Shown here: piece by piece, positions 51,963-64,000 of the stretch
How the letters are laid out: each line of letters opens with the position of its first letter
Position numbering within the stretch: position 1 is the stretch's first letter
The notes under the pieces: generated by a model
The model's input: only the letters and a program-made list of their open reading frames with translations
Told to the model about the DNA's origin: nothing
Database searches by the model: none
Source: Lama glama
Taxonomy: Eukaryota
DNA length: 64,000 bases
Assembly (NCBI GenBank): GCA_028534125.1
Contig: CM052816.1
Coordinates: 91,824,001-91,888,000 of the forward strand
Direction of reading: 5' to 3'
Translations under genes and position numbers: made by a program

Positions 51963-54009
51963 ACATGACATAGATGGTCTTTAACAAAGACCATTTTTTC
52001 CTTTTCCACTTTCACAAATATAACCAAAATGTTTTGCTGAATAAAAAGAAAAAAGATTTCCTTCCACTTAACTATTACCTTTCCTCAATTTCACATTTTT
52101 ACTGTAAAAACATGGTGTCGTGTTAGAAAGAGCCTAGGTTTCAACAGATTTACTTTCTTCATGGAAAGCTGAGAAGCTTTTCTTAAGGATGAGCTAATCA
52201 TATTTCTACAGCATGGAAAAATCACATCAGAAAGACAGGAAAATGCAGCCAACTGCCATTCACTTGAATGGGAAAGATCATGTGCTTTTTTTTCTCTCCA
52301 AAATAGAAAAATCTACTGTTTTTATTACTACTATTTTAATAGCATCATAGTAGAAACATCCATAAATGCTTAGTTTTATTTACTTTTCCAAAGTTGTAGC
52401 TTTATTTCAAAAAGAAGCCACGCATGAATACACCATACTTTTTTTCCTGTGTTAAAAGACTTGAAATGTTTACTTTCTCTATAAAGTCTGTGTAACTGTT
52501 ACCAGGCCTTTTAATATCGGTGCTGTGCATCATTAGTACAGGAGGTTAAGAGAGCAAACCTTACAACATTTAAATGTATTTCAGGCGTATGGTGACTGAA
52601 ATATTTTTTTTCTATACTAAACTGCAATTCAGGTATTCTTAATCCCTTTTCTCATTTCTTGCTCTAACTGATATTGAGAGCAGGTCTCAATTTATTATTT
52701 ATTCAATAAATCTCATGAACACTGGCACCTACTTTTAGCATTTTCTTTGAGAAAACTTAGAGTAAGTTTCACTAAATACGTCACAGGCATACACCCAAAC
52801 ACACACACATATTATTAACATCACAACTGTCTTACCCACCAGATTAAAGCTGAAAATTATTATTAAAAGCTAGAGCCAAAATTTAGGAATAACCACTTAT
52901 ACTAAAATGGAATAAAAGGCCTAATTGTTCTGTTGTTTTGCATTAATGTGACAAAAATGCACATGATGACTTTTGCTATGATGGAGGAGAGAGAAACCTA
53001 CACAGGAATCTTGTAACTTACATGTCAAGAACCCTGTGATAGGCAGAATATTTTATCCCAACTTTTAATCAAGAAAAGTTAGCTAGTAGCTAAACAGTTC
53101 AATATATGTCAGAAAGAATGAGGACTGTTTAAAAAAAAAAAAGCACTCCCAATTCATCTGCTAAATATGGTAACAAGGAGGAATAAAAAGGGTTTCATAA
53201 GAAATGAATTTATTTAAATGCTGAGACTGGACATTTTAAACCATGAGGAGACACTCGTACACAAAGTGACTGGATATAACCACCCATTTTTATTTCAAAT
53301 ATTTAGAAAGCACAGACACAACTCTGAGGCTTGACATATTTCAAGGGTATTTCAGTCCAGAACTTCATTTTATGAGGCATCAAGCCTTCCCAAGTCCAAA
53401 TAATTCCCCAAGTACCTTAGATTCATTTTCCACAAGCAAGCAAGGATCAGTTTTAAAGTGTAACATTCGGCTTGCCAAAACATCAGCCGGACAGGAATGT
53501 TCAAAAGGGCAAGTTCAAGTCGAGACTTCTGATTCCACACGGGATGCTGGAGCACACTCTCCTCAGGCAGGCCTCAGAAGCCCGGAGCACAGAGCAGAGC
53601 GGGGAATGACATCCTATAAAGAGAATCTGGCTTCTTCGAGTGCAGTTTCAAGCAAGAGAGTGAGAAATACTTGCAATAAACAGCTAGAATCTATTTGCAA
53701 TGTTCCTTCATTGTTAAAGAGGCTTTAGCAATTCCAACTGTCCCAGCCAGCATGAACTCGGCAAATGTCAGAAGGCACCCCCTGAGAACGCGTTAGCACA
53801 GAAGACAAACGGAAGGGCCGGTTTCTGCTTTCCATGCGAGGTCCAACAGCTAGACAGCAGAGCCTAGTTAATATGAAGTAGATTTGGAACGTCCACCCCT
53901 GCTGCTCTTGTTTCTACCATGAAGTTCTACTTAGCCAAGCAAATATTAGCCCAACTCTGTGCCACGCACGGTGCTAGGTTCTGAAGATGCGAAGACGAAC
54001 GAATCATTA

Positions 54010-55370
54010 TCAGTGAAAAACCATTTGGCATTTTTGCAAAATTCAGCAGTTCCGCCTCATAGGAATATATACCTGAGAGGTACTCTGTACCTCGCAGCCG
54101 AAGACACATAAAGCAGTGCTCACAATGGTCTCAAAATGCCATCAAATGCCATCAACAGGAGAACACGGAAATGAGTCGTGCTGTATTCCCTAATCATCCT
54201 TTTTAATGTTGAAAATCATCCCTGCGCACCAGGCTCCCTAACCTCTGTGAATGAAAAATATTGCCAGTAATATGCTGTGGCTATCAAGTCATCAGCGGCC
54301 ACCTTCACCCTGACAGTGAGCAGAGAGAACTCAGGATGTGGACAAGCAGGCAGCCCAGCCTCTGCAGCCACCCCCAACGATGCCCGCTGGGGGAACTCAA
54401 AATGTGGAAAGAACAGGACACTGGCCCAAGACAGCTAGGTGCACATCAAAGGAATAATTTCAATGAGCCCAGGCCTTTGCACCTTCTCATACATAGAAAA
54501 GTGCTAAATTCTTTAACTTGAGATATCTGGAATCTTTTGATGTTCCAACCACCTGGTCTTTGTTGGAAAAACTCCTACACATCCTGGCTCCTCCCCTACC
54601 TCTTCAGAGCAGTCCCTCAGAGCCATCTGCGAGGCTGTCCTCCTGGGCTGAGTCCTCAGAAAGTCCGCCAAATAAAACATAATTCTCCACGTTTAGGCTG
54701 TGCATTTCATTTCAGTCGACACCTCTGTCAGGCTTTATGTTTCTGCAGAGCAATTATTAACATCGAATATATGAATACTGTAACAATTCATTCTGTTTAT
54801 CATCTGTGTTTCCACCAGAAACTTAAGCTCCACGAGGGCAAGAATTTTGATACTGTTTTATTTACTGCCGTGTCTGTCCATGGAGCCTAGAACAATGTCT
54901 GGCACAGAAACAAAATCCAGTAAATGTATGTGGAATAAAGGTTGGGGGGGACAGACAAGCAAGAAATTGCTAAAAACAGTCAATGAAAATGAAAGAATCA
55001 CAGCTATACGCTTCAACATGAGCAATTCTCATAACTAGAATGCTGATGGAAAAAAGCAAGATATACAAGAATACATGCAATGTGATCCCATTTACATTAG
55101 ATTCCAAACACGCCAAAGTACTACATAAGTACACACTACAAAAGTACAGAGATAAGTAGAAAAAACTGTAAAGAGAATAACCAAGATGTGATAAACACAA
55201 AATCTGGATGCTGGTGACCCGGAGGGGGTGTGGATTTGCAGAAGGCACAGAGAGGATCAGAATGTGCTGGTAACATTCTGTTTCCTAAGCTGGGCTGTGG
55301 GTTTGCATTTTATTATCATTCCCCATATTTCATATGAGTAGTAAACATGCTTATGAATTTCATGATTAAT
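54010..55370 (+). mobile_element. Ancient L1ME remnant in two pieces (about 54010-54190 and 54960-55370) enclosing an L2 3' end (about 54190-54940)
   Basis: cagcagttccgcctcataggaatatatacc...aaatgccatcaacaggagaa and cacagctatacgcttcaacatgagcaattctcataac; L2 end taagctccacgagggcaaga...gagcctagaacaatgtctggcacag. Confidence 0.6.
54246..54721 (+). mobile_element. ERV1-type solo LTR of cetartiodactyl type (476 bp) with 4-bp TSD
   Basis: tgtgaatgaaaaatattgcc...gccaaataaaacataattctccacgtttaggctgtgcatttcatttcagtcgaca; TG...CA ends, cctc at 54242-54245 and 54722-54725, poly(A) signal near 54671. Confidence 0.88.
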
Positions 55371-56424
55371 GTGAAAATATCAAGTCACTTAAGGAGCCTA
55401 CTGTCTGGTGAGAAAGTCAAACCTGACAAGAGATGAGGCAGCAGGAGGGGATGAGGTCCTGGACAGAGGAGCAAGGTGGGCGATGGAACCCCCCCGAGGC
55501 AGCTGGTCAGACAAGAACCATCTGTTGTATTAAAAACTTCTTTTGACAGTGGTTGGGGGAAATGGTCTCCAATGGTCACCTGATTTATATAATTTTAAAC
55601 CTATAGTTCATTTGCCACTGCCAATTACCAAGCTAAACATTTTTTTAATTGTTAATATTTTAAAGAAAATAATCTCAACAGCTTAAGTAGAATTTGGAAG
55701 CTTGAAGCAGGAACCAAAGGAAATATTTTATTAAATATTAAGGTCACTTGGGTAGGTTTTATTAAGAATCCACTGTCTACAAAGGCATGAGCTAATCTGT
55801 TCTACTATATATCCATCTGTTTATTCATTCAGAAACAGTTACCGAGTAGCAGCAAAGTGCAAGATATTTGCTGGGTGCACAGGACGGTACAAACATGTCT
55901 AAGATGCCCTCAGCAAGCTTGTCTGCCAGCGTTAAGGAGTGTAGGTAACAATCATGCCGTGTGTGCAGGTACCAGGGCTACCCTCAAACAACGAAAATGA
56001 CGGTGCCCGACGGGGTTGGGTTCTACGTGCAGTCACAAGAGGGATGAGCAGTTCGTTCTCGGGCAAGGGGGAAAAAAAGAAAAAACACAACGTGCACTGC
56101 TGAATGAGCCTCGCCTTCCATTATTCAGTATCAGTTCTAGCTCTTAACATCAGCATAAATAGTTATCATTCATGAAGCCAGGTGTGTTACTGCCAACGCA
56201 ATTACATGAACGCTGCAAATCTTTCAAACTTTGGCCTTAACTCCATTAATCTCCTTCACTTTTTTTTTCTTTTTGACAGATGTTCTGCTTCATCAAATAC
56301 TAGGTACATTCTGATCAATTAGGAGCTTGGCAATATAAGGTTTTTGTCCCTTGTTCACAGGAGGTGTGTAAAACTGTCCCACAGAATAATGAAAAGGGCC
56401 TTCAATAAGAGATTTCAAGATCAC

Positions 56425-56625
56425 TTTTTTTTTTAACTGAAGTATAGTCAATTTACAATGTCGTGTTAATTTCTGGTGTACAGCATAGTGATTCAGTTAT
56501 ACATATACATTCCTTTTCATATTCTTTTTCATTATAGCCTATTACAAGGTATTGAATATAGTTCCCTGTGCCATACAGTAGGACCTTGTTGTTTATCTAT
56601 TTCATATATGGTAGTGTATATCTAG
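56425..56625 (-). mobile_element. 5'-truncated L1 3' end (cetartiodactyl type)
   Basis: poly(T) then aactgaagtatagtcaatttacaatg...tctggtgtacagcatagtgattcagttatac...attgaatatagttccctgtgccatacagtagg. Confidence 0.88.
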
Positions 56626-57074
56626 TGAATGTTACTTAGGGCCAGTCACTTAGGTTCTACATAATATTTTTCCATTTACAAATTAAGGAAGTTCGACTAT
56701 GCAGCCAGGGACCTTTTTTTATGAAACACACACACACACACCCATATATAAGCAAATAGATGTGAGTTTCTACTGCATTGATATTTTCCATTGTCAGCTC
56801 CATGACTCTGTGGTCTACAAAGGGTTATGTTATCTGTACATGACCATGGCCCTTCCACAATCTCACTTTAGATTAAACTGAATGACAACAGGTTGAAGGG
56901 TTTCCAGTTATTTCCGACACGTGTCACGTCTCAACACTTTGTCTTCCTAACATGCCCTTCATTTCCACCTTTTATGTTACCTTCCTATGCACTCTCCTTC
57001 CCAAAACACAACTCGCTTCTTATACAGCGTCCAAACAGGCAAACACTGCCACTCAGACCAGCACTATGACCGTT

Positions 57075-57235
57075 AATAATAAAGGCTCATGTCCACTGAG
57101 TACCTACTCGGTGTCTTGAGTGCTTCGTCTGTATTAATGTATTCATTTAATTCCTGTAACAACCCCCTGGGGAGTCAAGTCCCTTGACAGGCTCCCACAG
57201 GGAGGACAGCTCAGCTCCAGGTCCCTCCTCCTAAC
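57075..57235 (-). mobile_element. MIR remnant
   Basis: aataataaaggctcatgtccactgagtacctact...cattt aattcctgtaacaacccc. Confidence 0.55.
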
Positions 57236-57295
57236 CTGCCATCACAAATGCCTGAACTGCAGATGCTTAGAGGCTTTCCTACACGCATGCGCATG

Positions 57296-57297
<2 letters not shown>

Positions 57298-57328
<31 letters not shown>
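57298..57328. repeat. (CA)n microsatellite
   Basis: Perfect ac run. Confidence 0.97.
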
Positions 57329-57331
<3 letters not shown>

Positions 57332-57869
57332 ATTTATGTCTGAGACTCCAAAGAATGAAAAAGCAATCTCTGTATAAGAGGAGAAAATAATTCTCCATAA
57401 AACGAATCTGACTTGGACACCACTCAACGTGGGTTTAATTCCAAACACCCAAAGGGTGTTGCAGGCTCACCTACAAGGAGGTGTCATTGCTTGGGTCTTG
57501 GTGAGCGGCTCCAGTTTACTCAGGAGCCTTGGGTTTATTTCTGGAATCCAGAGGCAGAGAACGGACTATTTCCATATCCAATCCCTTGGGCAGAGCACGC
57601 TGGGTACTCAGAAACCACACATGCCAGATAGAGCCCAACCTCACCTGGCTCCCGCGTGATCCCCTTGGCCGGCTCCCGCTGGCCGGGCAGCAGTGAGCAC
57701 CAGGGCAAGAGCCAGAAACTGTGCTCTGTGTTCTGAAGGGAAGTGAGATTTATCCTCTCAGAAAGCAAAGGAAAAGCCAGCCCAACCTCCTCAGGACCTT
57801 GAAGAGAGCAGCTGATGGCGTTAGTAAGAGCTTCACTATGCAAGATTCCACTGCAGGTTCTTTTTCCAC

Positions 57870-58145
57870 TTTTTAAAAAATTTTGGTTAAAAACTTGCCA
57901 TTTTAAACATTTTAAGTGTACAATCCAGAGGCATTAACTACACTTACAATGTTGTGCAACCTTCTCCACCATTTCCTAGATTTGTCATTACCCTAAACCG
58001 AAGCTCTGTCCCCCTAAAGCAACGACTCCCTTTTACCCCTTCACCCAGCCCCTGGTCATTTCTAATCTGCTTTCTGTCTCTATGGAGTTACCTGATCTAG
58101 AGATTCCACAGAGGTGGAATCATCAGTATTTGTCCTTTTGTCCTT
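57870..58145 (-). mobile_element. Ancient L1 3' end (L1MB-like)
   Basis: ttgccattttaaacattttaagtgtacaat...cccagcccctggtcatttctaatctgctttctgtctctatgg; homologous to 13830-14090. Confidence 0.85.
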
Positions 58146-58901
58146 GATTTTACGGTTTTATGGTAATCTCTTCTTAGCATAATTCAAGCGCTATACACTG
58201 GACGGTGGGAGAGTGGGGAGAGCTGGGGTCCTCTGACTGCTTGTCTCCAAGGCATCATCTCATCACCCAAGGCTCCGTGGCTTTCCAGCAATCAAACAGG
58301 GTCAGCAGATCCAAATGCCTTCTCCACTCAGTGGAATACAAGATTCTCCGGCATCTTTCCTTCAGTTACCTCTACAGCTTTCAGACCCCACAACTTTGGA
58401 TACAGCACGCCCAACTCCTGTGCCCAAGGCACTAAAAGAGGAGCTAATAAAAAGTAAAGTAAGGTTCTTTTTGATGAAAGGTGTAATCGCGCTCATTTTA
58501 AGTCCTTCATGCACCTTACTCCTCTTACTTTTGGAAGTGTCATCGTGTAGGACATGAGTTCAAAATGACCCACAGCTCACTTTGAATATAATCATGTAAA
58601 ACTGAACTGCATTGTGTTGCTATGATACATTTCAGACTCTTAATTCAATCTTTATTAATTGTAATGTTATGCTCTCATTTCTGTATTTAATATGTTTGTA
58701 GAGCTTAAGAACTATGCTGATAAAGCCCAATAAATAAAAAGCCCCTGCACGTGAATGACAGAATGTTTTATTTCAGGTGGAATTAAGAACCTGGCTTCTT
58801 TACTGACTTCTCATTTTGATTATTGGTTCTTACTCTAAAATGTCACCTCAAAGTTGAGAAGGGTTGCGTTCCACACAACTTGAGCTTCAAAAAAAAGAGG
58901 T

Positions 58902-59092
58902 TGGGTGGGAGGGTATAGCTCAGCAGAAGAGTGCGTACTTAGCATGCACGAGGTCCTGGGTTCAATCCCCAGTACCTCTGTTAAAAAAATAATAACAAAA
59001 TAAGATATAAAAATGAATAAATAAATAAACCTAATTACCTCCCCCACACACACACACACAAAAAGAGTAAAAGAAATTTTTTTTTTAATTTT
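58902..59092 (+). mobile_element. tRNA-Ala(AGC)-derived SINE (camelid Vic-1 type)
   Basis: gagggtatagctcagcagaagagtgcgtacttagcatgcacgaggtcctgggttcaatccccagtacctc (A box, B box 58959-58969), AT-rich linker, aataaacctaattacctccccc; TSD aaaaaaagaggt (58890-58901) / aaaaagagaggt (59093-59104). Confidence 0.88.
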
Positions 59093-59431
59093 AAAAAGAG
59101 AGGTAGGCTATTCCTTAATATCATCGAGATGGGGACAATTCTAAAACAAGGTTAATATATATACTTTACTTCCTTTCTGATTTGCCACAGTAAAAGAGGT
59201 ATCAACATTCTTAGGTCATAACTGATCAGGGACTTTTTCCAGACCAGGGACAGTCATGAATGTGGAAGGTGGAGAGGAGTCTAAAAATCTGATCAACTGA
59301 AATACAAAATAACTTTGTTCTGAGTATACTGATATATGTATGTGGTAACAAAAAAACAAAAACAAAAACAAAAAAACATAGCTTTTATCAGCCTTTCTAT
59401 TCTCCTATCTTGATCCATCTCACAATCTTAG

Positions 59432-60055
59432 TGTGATGATCAATTTTACATGCCACCCTACCTGAGTCACAGGATGCTCAGCTACCCGCTGAAGTGTTCT
59501 TTCTTGGTCAGCCTGTGAGCCCATTTCTGCGAGAGATGAGCAGTAGGACTGGTAGGCTGAGACAGGCACACTGCCCTCCCCCATGTGGGAGACATCACCC
59601 AGCTGTCTGAGAGCCTGGATAGAAAGAGGCAGAGCTGGGCCATCAGTCTTCTGCCTTCAAAAAGGCACTTACACACCTGGTGCTCCCACTTCTCAGACCT
59701 TCAGACTCAGACTGAATTATACCACTGACTTTTTTGAGTGTCCAGCTTGCCAACAGCACATCTTGAATCTTCTCAGCCTCTGAAATCACGTGAGCTAATT
59801 CCTCATAATAAATCTCATGATTAATCTCTATTATTAAGGTGTAATCTCCAGGTATATTAGTCAGGGTTCTCTAGAGAAACAGACCAATGGTATGTATATA
59901 TGTATGTATAGATATATATATGTATACATATATATGTACATGTGTGTGTGTATATATATATAATTCCAATGAAATATATGTAACGTAAAATTTGCCCTAT
60001 ATTATATACACATACCTTATTGGTTCTTTTTCTCCAGAGAAGCCTAACTAATACA
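59432..60055 (+). mobile_element. ERVL LTR (MLT2 family) containing an inverted copy of its own 3' end and a TA-rich tract
   Basis: tgtgatgatcaattttacatgcca...tcagaccttcagactcagactgaattataccact...cacgtgagctaattcctcataataaatctc...ctccagagaagcctaactaataca. Confidence 0.85.
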
Positions 60056-61084
60056 CTGAGAGAGTATACCTTATTTTTATGTCAAGTAAAAAGGCATCTC
60101 TCTCTCTCTCTCTCTCTTTGTGGGCACTGCTTTGGGTCCATCCGTCTGCCCTTCTCTGCTAACCAATCCCCGACTTTGTTCCTGTACCCCAGCCCTTATC
60201 TCAGGGCTATGACCAGCTCTGACTAATGGACTATCATGAAGTGGGGGAGGAGCAGGGTTCTGGAAACAGTATTTTCTTCCTGATTAAAAAGGGCATAAGA
60301 AGAAATTTCCTTTCCTGGCTCTGCCTCCTGCGCACATTGTGTACCAGCAACTGTGTCTCTGGGGGAAGGCCAAGAGGATCACAGAGGGCCCTATGCCCCA
60401 GCCAGGCCATCACTGGGCCGACAACGCAGGCAACGGCCTGAATCAGGATGCCTGGTAAGCTCCTCCATTCCTGAGCTCAGGACACCCCAACTGCAACACA
60501 GCCCCCGACTTTGACTTCTGCTCCCCACATGGTCTACACATTAGATATCTGCCCTCCGGCTGTACAGCCAGGCCTACAACACAGGCTTTTAATTCCTAGG
60601 GAACACAGGGGGCCTCTGCAGTAGACGTGAAAATTTGGTATCTCTGATGTAATGTTTTATGGTATGTGTGTGTATGTGTGTGACACACACGTTTTCTTTT
60701 CGTGTTTAAGTTAAGAAGAATTGGTGAAAGGTCTGTTGATTACCAGTTAAATACAGATGAACAGAAAACAGAGGAGCGGCTCCCTTTAAAGCAAGAATGA
60801 GGAAAATATATTTTGGAGATGTCTATACCGTCCAGTCACTTTGAGTCATATCTCATCTGGGAGGGAAGCAAACAATATTTGTTTTCACCGAGGATTACAC
60901 ATTTCACAGTGTGACTCTCATTTTTTTCCCTCTAAAAGTATTTCATTGAGTCACCTTTTAAGAATGCCCAAAAGGCACCAGATGTTTTAACATGTATTTG
61001 TTCATATACGCTCATTGTCATCATTCTACAAATGACCAAAAGGGGAATTGTGATTTCAATCACCTTCCACAGGGAGAGTCTTAG

Positions 61085-61268
61085 AGCAGAATTAGAATCA
61101 AATCAGATGCTGGATCCTGAACATGTACATAGATGAGCTGGGGATCTGGGAATGGGCCAATCGTGACCCACTCCTCTGGCGGGGCCTGAGGGTCTGCAGC
61201 TCTAACAAGCTCCCAGGTAAGGCTGACACCGCTGGTCTGCAGACCACACCTCAAGTATCCCTGCTCTA
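61085..61268. mobile_element. MER5A-like hAT MITE remnant
   Basis: ggcggggcctgagggtctgcagctctaacaagctcccaggtaaggctgacaccgctggtctgcagaccacac. Confidence 0.7.
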
Positions 61269-61329
61269 AAACAGCAGTCAGTGTGTCTAAGAGTCCGTTT
61301 GCCAGCACAAGATTTCAAATGCCACATTT

Positions 61330-61500
61330 TTCATCAAATCACCTGACTTCTCTTGTTCTCAGTTTTCTCACCCAATGAAAAGGGGAGAAAAACAGTACCT
61401 ACCCTTCACTGGGCTATTATGAAGCCTAGTGAGAGGAAGCATTTAAATGCATTCAAGATACTGGCAGATACAGAGTCACAACTGGTAGAGATGACTATCA
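61330..61500 (+). mobile_element. MIR remnant
   Basis: aaatcacctgacttctcttgttctcagttttctca...aacagtacctaccc...gggctattatgaag. Confidence 0.6.
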
Positions 61501-62254
61501 CACATCAAAGCACAAGTTTTACTGAGGATTTCAAAGTTCACAAGTGAATTCAACAGAGAATTGCTCACATTGGGGGAATATGCCAGGCAGCAAGATGAAA
61601 GGACCACAGAGCTAGCATTTCAATTCTGCTGTCTTTGGGATGGAAGATGCTTTGGAGGATGCCTGCCCACCCCTGCCCATCATCTTTTCCAACCTATTCT
61701 CAGACCAGAACCAGGTGGCCCACCCAGAGCAGACTGGGTATGGAGTGGGTCTACAACGGACATCTAATAAGCAGAAATGATTCAGAGGCATGACCCAGCC
61801 AATTTGATCTCTCAGGAACTCACTTGGAACATGATGACTTTCCCATGCTTTTCCCTGTGAGTCAGTTGTTCAGTGGCCCCAGATCTTGAATGTGGATGAT
61901 AAGGGGAGCTGTATGGCCATTTCAACGAGCAGAATAGTGAGGATGAACAGAGAGAAGCAAGGATGAGAACCCCACATGCTGAGGGAGCAAAAGAGCCTGT
62001 GAACAGGGACAGAGGAAGGAACAGACAGAGGCACTTCACCACCCTCCCCATTACTGATAAGAGTTCTCGTCCTGGTTCAAGTCCCAGCTTGTATTCCACA
62101 TATTACCCCATGTCCTTTTTTTCCCCTCATTTCTTTGGCAAATTTGTGGGGAATTCTAGTATTTACAACTAAACAATGCATGTTTAAGAAACATGAGTAA
62201 GTTTTCAATTAACCTCTTTAAGCCTCATTTCCTCATCAGTAAAATGGGGATTTA

Positions 62255-63380
62255 TATATTTGTTCAATAAATTTTCCTCCAGTGTCTACCATTTGCCAAG
62301 CACTAGCTAGGTGGTGCAGAAACAATGGTTAGACATTCCAGAAAATATCCCTACTGCTGTGAGTTCACGGTAGAGTAGAAGACTTATATAAGCTTTAGTG
62401 GATAAATCAATCATACGAATAAACATAAAATTACAACTCGGGTAAGTGTTACAACTGCAGGAGGACATGATATACTAAAAAACGTATTTGAAAGAGGCTG
62501 ACTTGAGAGAAAGTCTGAGAGGGACTATAAGTAAAGATTAACAAGGCAAAGAGGGGTGAGAAAAGCATTCTAGGCAAAGGCAGCATCATTTGCAAAGATT
62601 CCTAGGAGAGAAGGAGCATGGTAAATACGATGGCTGAAGAAAAGACAAGTGGGAAGGAGGCATCATAGAGAGAAGAAGGGAAACTGTGATGTGAGATGAT
62701 GCTGGACAAGAGGGCTGGGGTCAAAGTGCCAGAGGCTGTTGGGGGCCATGATGAGTATTTTGATCTTTATTCTAAGAAACTTATTCCAAGATCAGTGATT
62801 AGTTTTAAATAAGAAGATGTTAAGTTAGATCTGCCTTTGAAAATATCACGCTGGCTGCACCGTGGAGAGTATATTGGAGGAGACAGGAATGGATTTGAGT
62901 GGACCAGGTAAGAGGATGTTTCAAAGGAGGTCCAGGGCAGAGGACCAGGAACAGAAGCAAAAACATGAGTTTGATTAAGTATGTATTGAAACAGCCAAGA
63001 TGAGAGTGATGTTTCATCTCAGAAAGCTACTGAGCATGTGCGTGCAGAACCTGGTTAGCAGGTCTAAACCAGAGACAATTTGTGAGTCAAGGAGATCAAT
63101 CTGTAGTCTTAATGGAAGACATGGGGACAGGTGAATCTGCCAAGGGAGAGATGAGGGTGTGAGGAGAGGAGAGGTGAAGGGTGGCCAGTGGGTAGTGATT
63201 GGCATAAAGGGGGATGGTCCACAGGGAGGCAGAGGCAAGACCAGGAGACTGGTGTGCCATGAGCCAAGAATGAAGGTGTTTCCATGAGAACAGGAGGAAG
63301 TGGCCAATAGCATTCAACAAATGACATGATGGCTAATGGAATTAAAGTGGATAATAGGAAAAACCTCCAGGACAGTATCG
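62255..63380 (-). mobile_element. L2 remnant (preceded by a short MIR piece at about 62195-62250)
   Basis: aagcattctaggcaaaggcagcatcatttgcaaag...ggccatgatgagtattttgatctttattctaag...gtggtgtgccatgagccaagaatgaaggtgtttcca-like L2 motifs. Confidence 0.8.
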
Positions 63381-64000
63381 GGCATAGTACAGTGAGCTCT
63401 GAAAATAAAAAGGCAATTGCCATCATGAATAGCTCACAGATTTAAGAACATCAAACTAGACAATCCATATGTCAGAGCACTTTACAAGTGGAAGGCTTTC
63501 AACAGATGTAACAAGCAACACCTTGCCTGCTTTTGAAAATCAAATGAGCTGTTTTGCATCTACAAATCCCTCCAAGACTAAGGGATACCGTGAAATAGGC
63601 AAGATGATATGAAAATGAGATGAACACTGAAGAAAGAGGAAGAGACGGTGAGACTCTTTGGAACACAAGAAACAGGGGCGTCCATTGGCCATGTGAGCCA
63701 AGAGTGAAATTGATTTTCAAGCTTCCCCCCAGTGCCCGCCAATGACAGGTGCAGCGGTCAGAAGTACTGCATTCCCACACACGTACATAAACACACATAC
63801 ACGAAAACATAATCCGCCCTCCAAATCCAGAAATTAAACCAATAGGCATAAAATGAATTTCTCTGGAAAAATCCTTAATATGTAATTTTTTTTTGCAGTG
63901 GCTAAAGATATATCCCCTATCCAAAAAAAAAAAAAGTTAAAATTATTTTAGTAATCAGATGACAATCAACAGGGCCGTACAGCCTTGAATACCAGTCACC

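Larger units (their letters stand above)
5925..64000 (-). other. FBXL7: FBXL7 intron 1 (partial)
   Basis: Lies upstream of exon 2 on the minus strand. No exon 1 peptide (MGANNGKQYGSE) or CpG island is visible, consistent with the very long first intron of FBXL7. Confidence 0.8.

Noticed and set aside
57647..57690. Small CpG-rich patch as a promoter or CpG island
   Set aside because: Only ~45 bp, explained by a short local duplication (ggctcccgc...tggccgg).
58909..58980. Functional tRNA-Ala gene
   Set aside because: The D-loop GG is lost, and it is followed by a SINE body and flanked by a TSD.
63685..63701. NFI-like ttggc...gccaa palindrome
   Set aside because: The spacer is 7 nt rather than the 5 nt NFI requires.
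1..64000. CRISPR array, operon or other novel multi-gene system
   Set aside because: Eukaryotic intronic DNA with no regularly spaced repeat-spacer array and no cluster of credible ORFs.

Overview
Mammalian genomic DNA, most likely a camelid: it carries an alanine-tRNA-derived Vic-1-type SINE and cetartiodactyl/camelid-type L1 3' ends. The only coding sequence I can support is one 90-nt internal exon on the minus strand (5835-5924), which I recognise from memory as coding exon 2 of FBXL7 (F-box/LRR protein 7). By inference 5925-64000 is intron 1 and 1-5834 is intron 2. The rest is intronic DNA made of transposable-element remnants (L1, L2, MIR, MaLR/MLT and ERV LTRs, hAT and Tc1/mariner MITEs), microsatellites and two assembly gaps. 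The other ORFs in the track are spurious or TE-derived. I see no new multi-gene biological system. The most notable structures are a ~510-bp TSD-flanked retrocopy of non-coding sequence polyadenylated inside a MER58, a TSD-flanked A-tailed LTR-like retrocopy, a 5'-inverted (twin-primed) L1, a local inverted duplication spanning an MLT2 end and its flank, and a few dense transcription-factor motif clusters. Repeat subfamily names come from recalled consensus sequences and need RepeatMasker/Dfam confirmation. Boundaries of old repeats are approximate.
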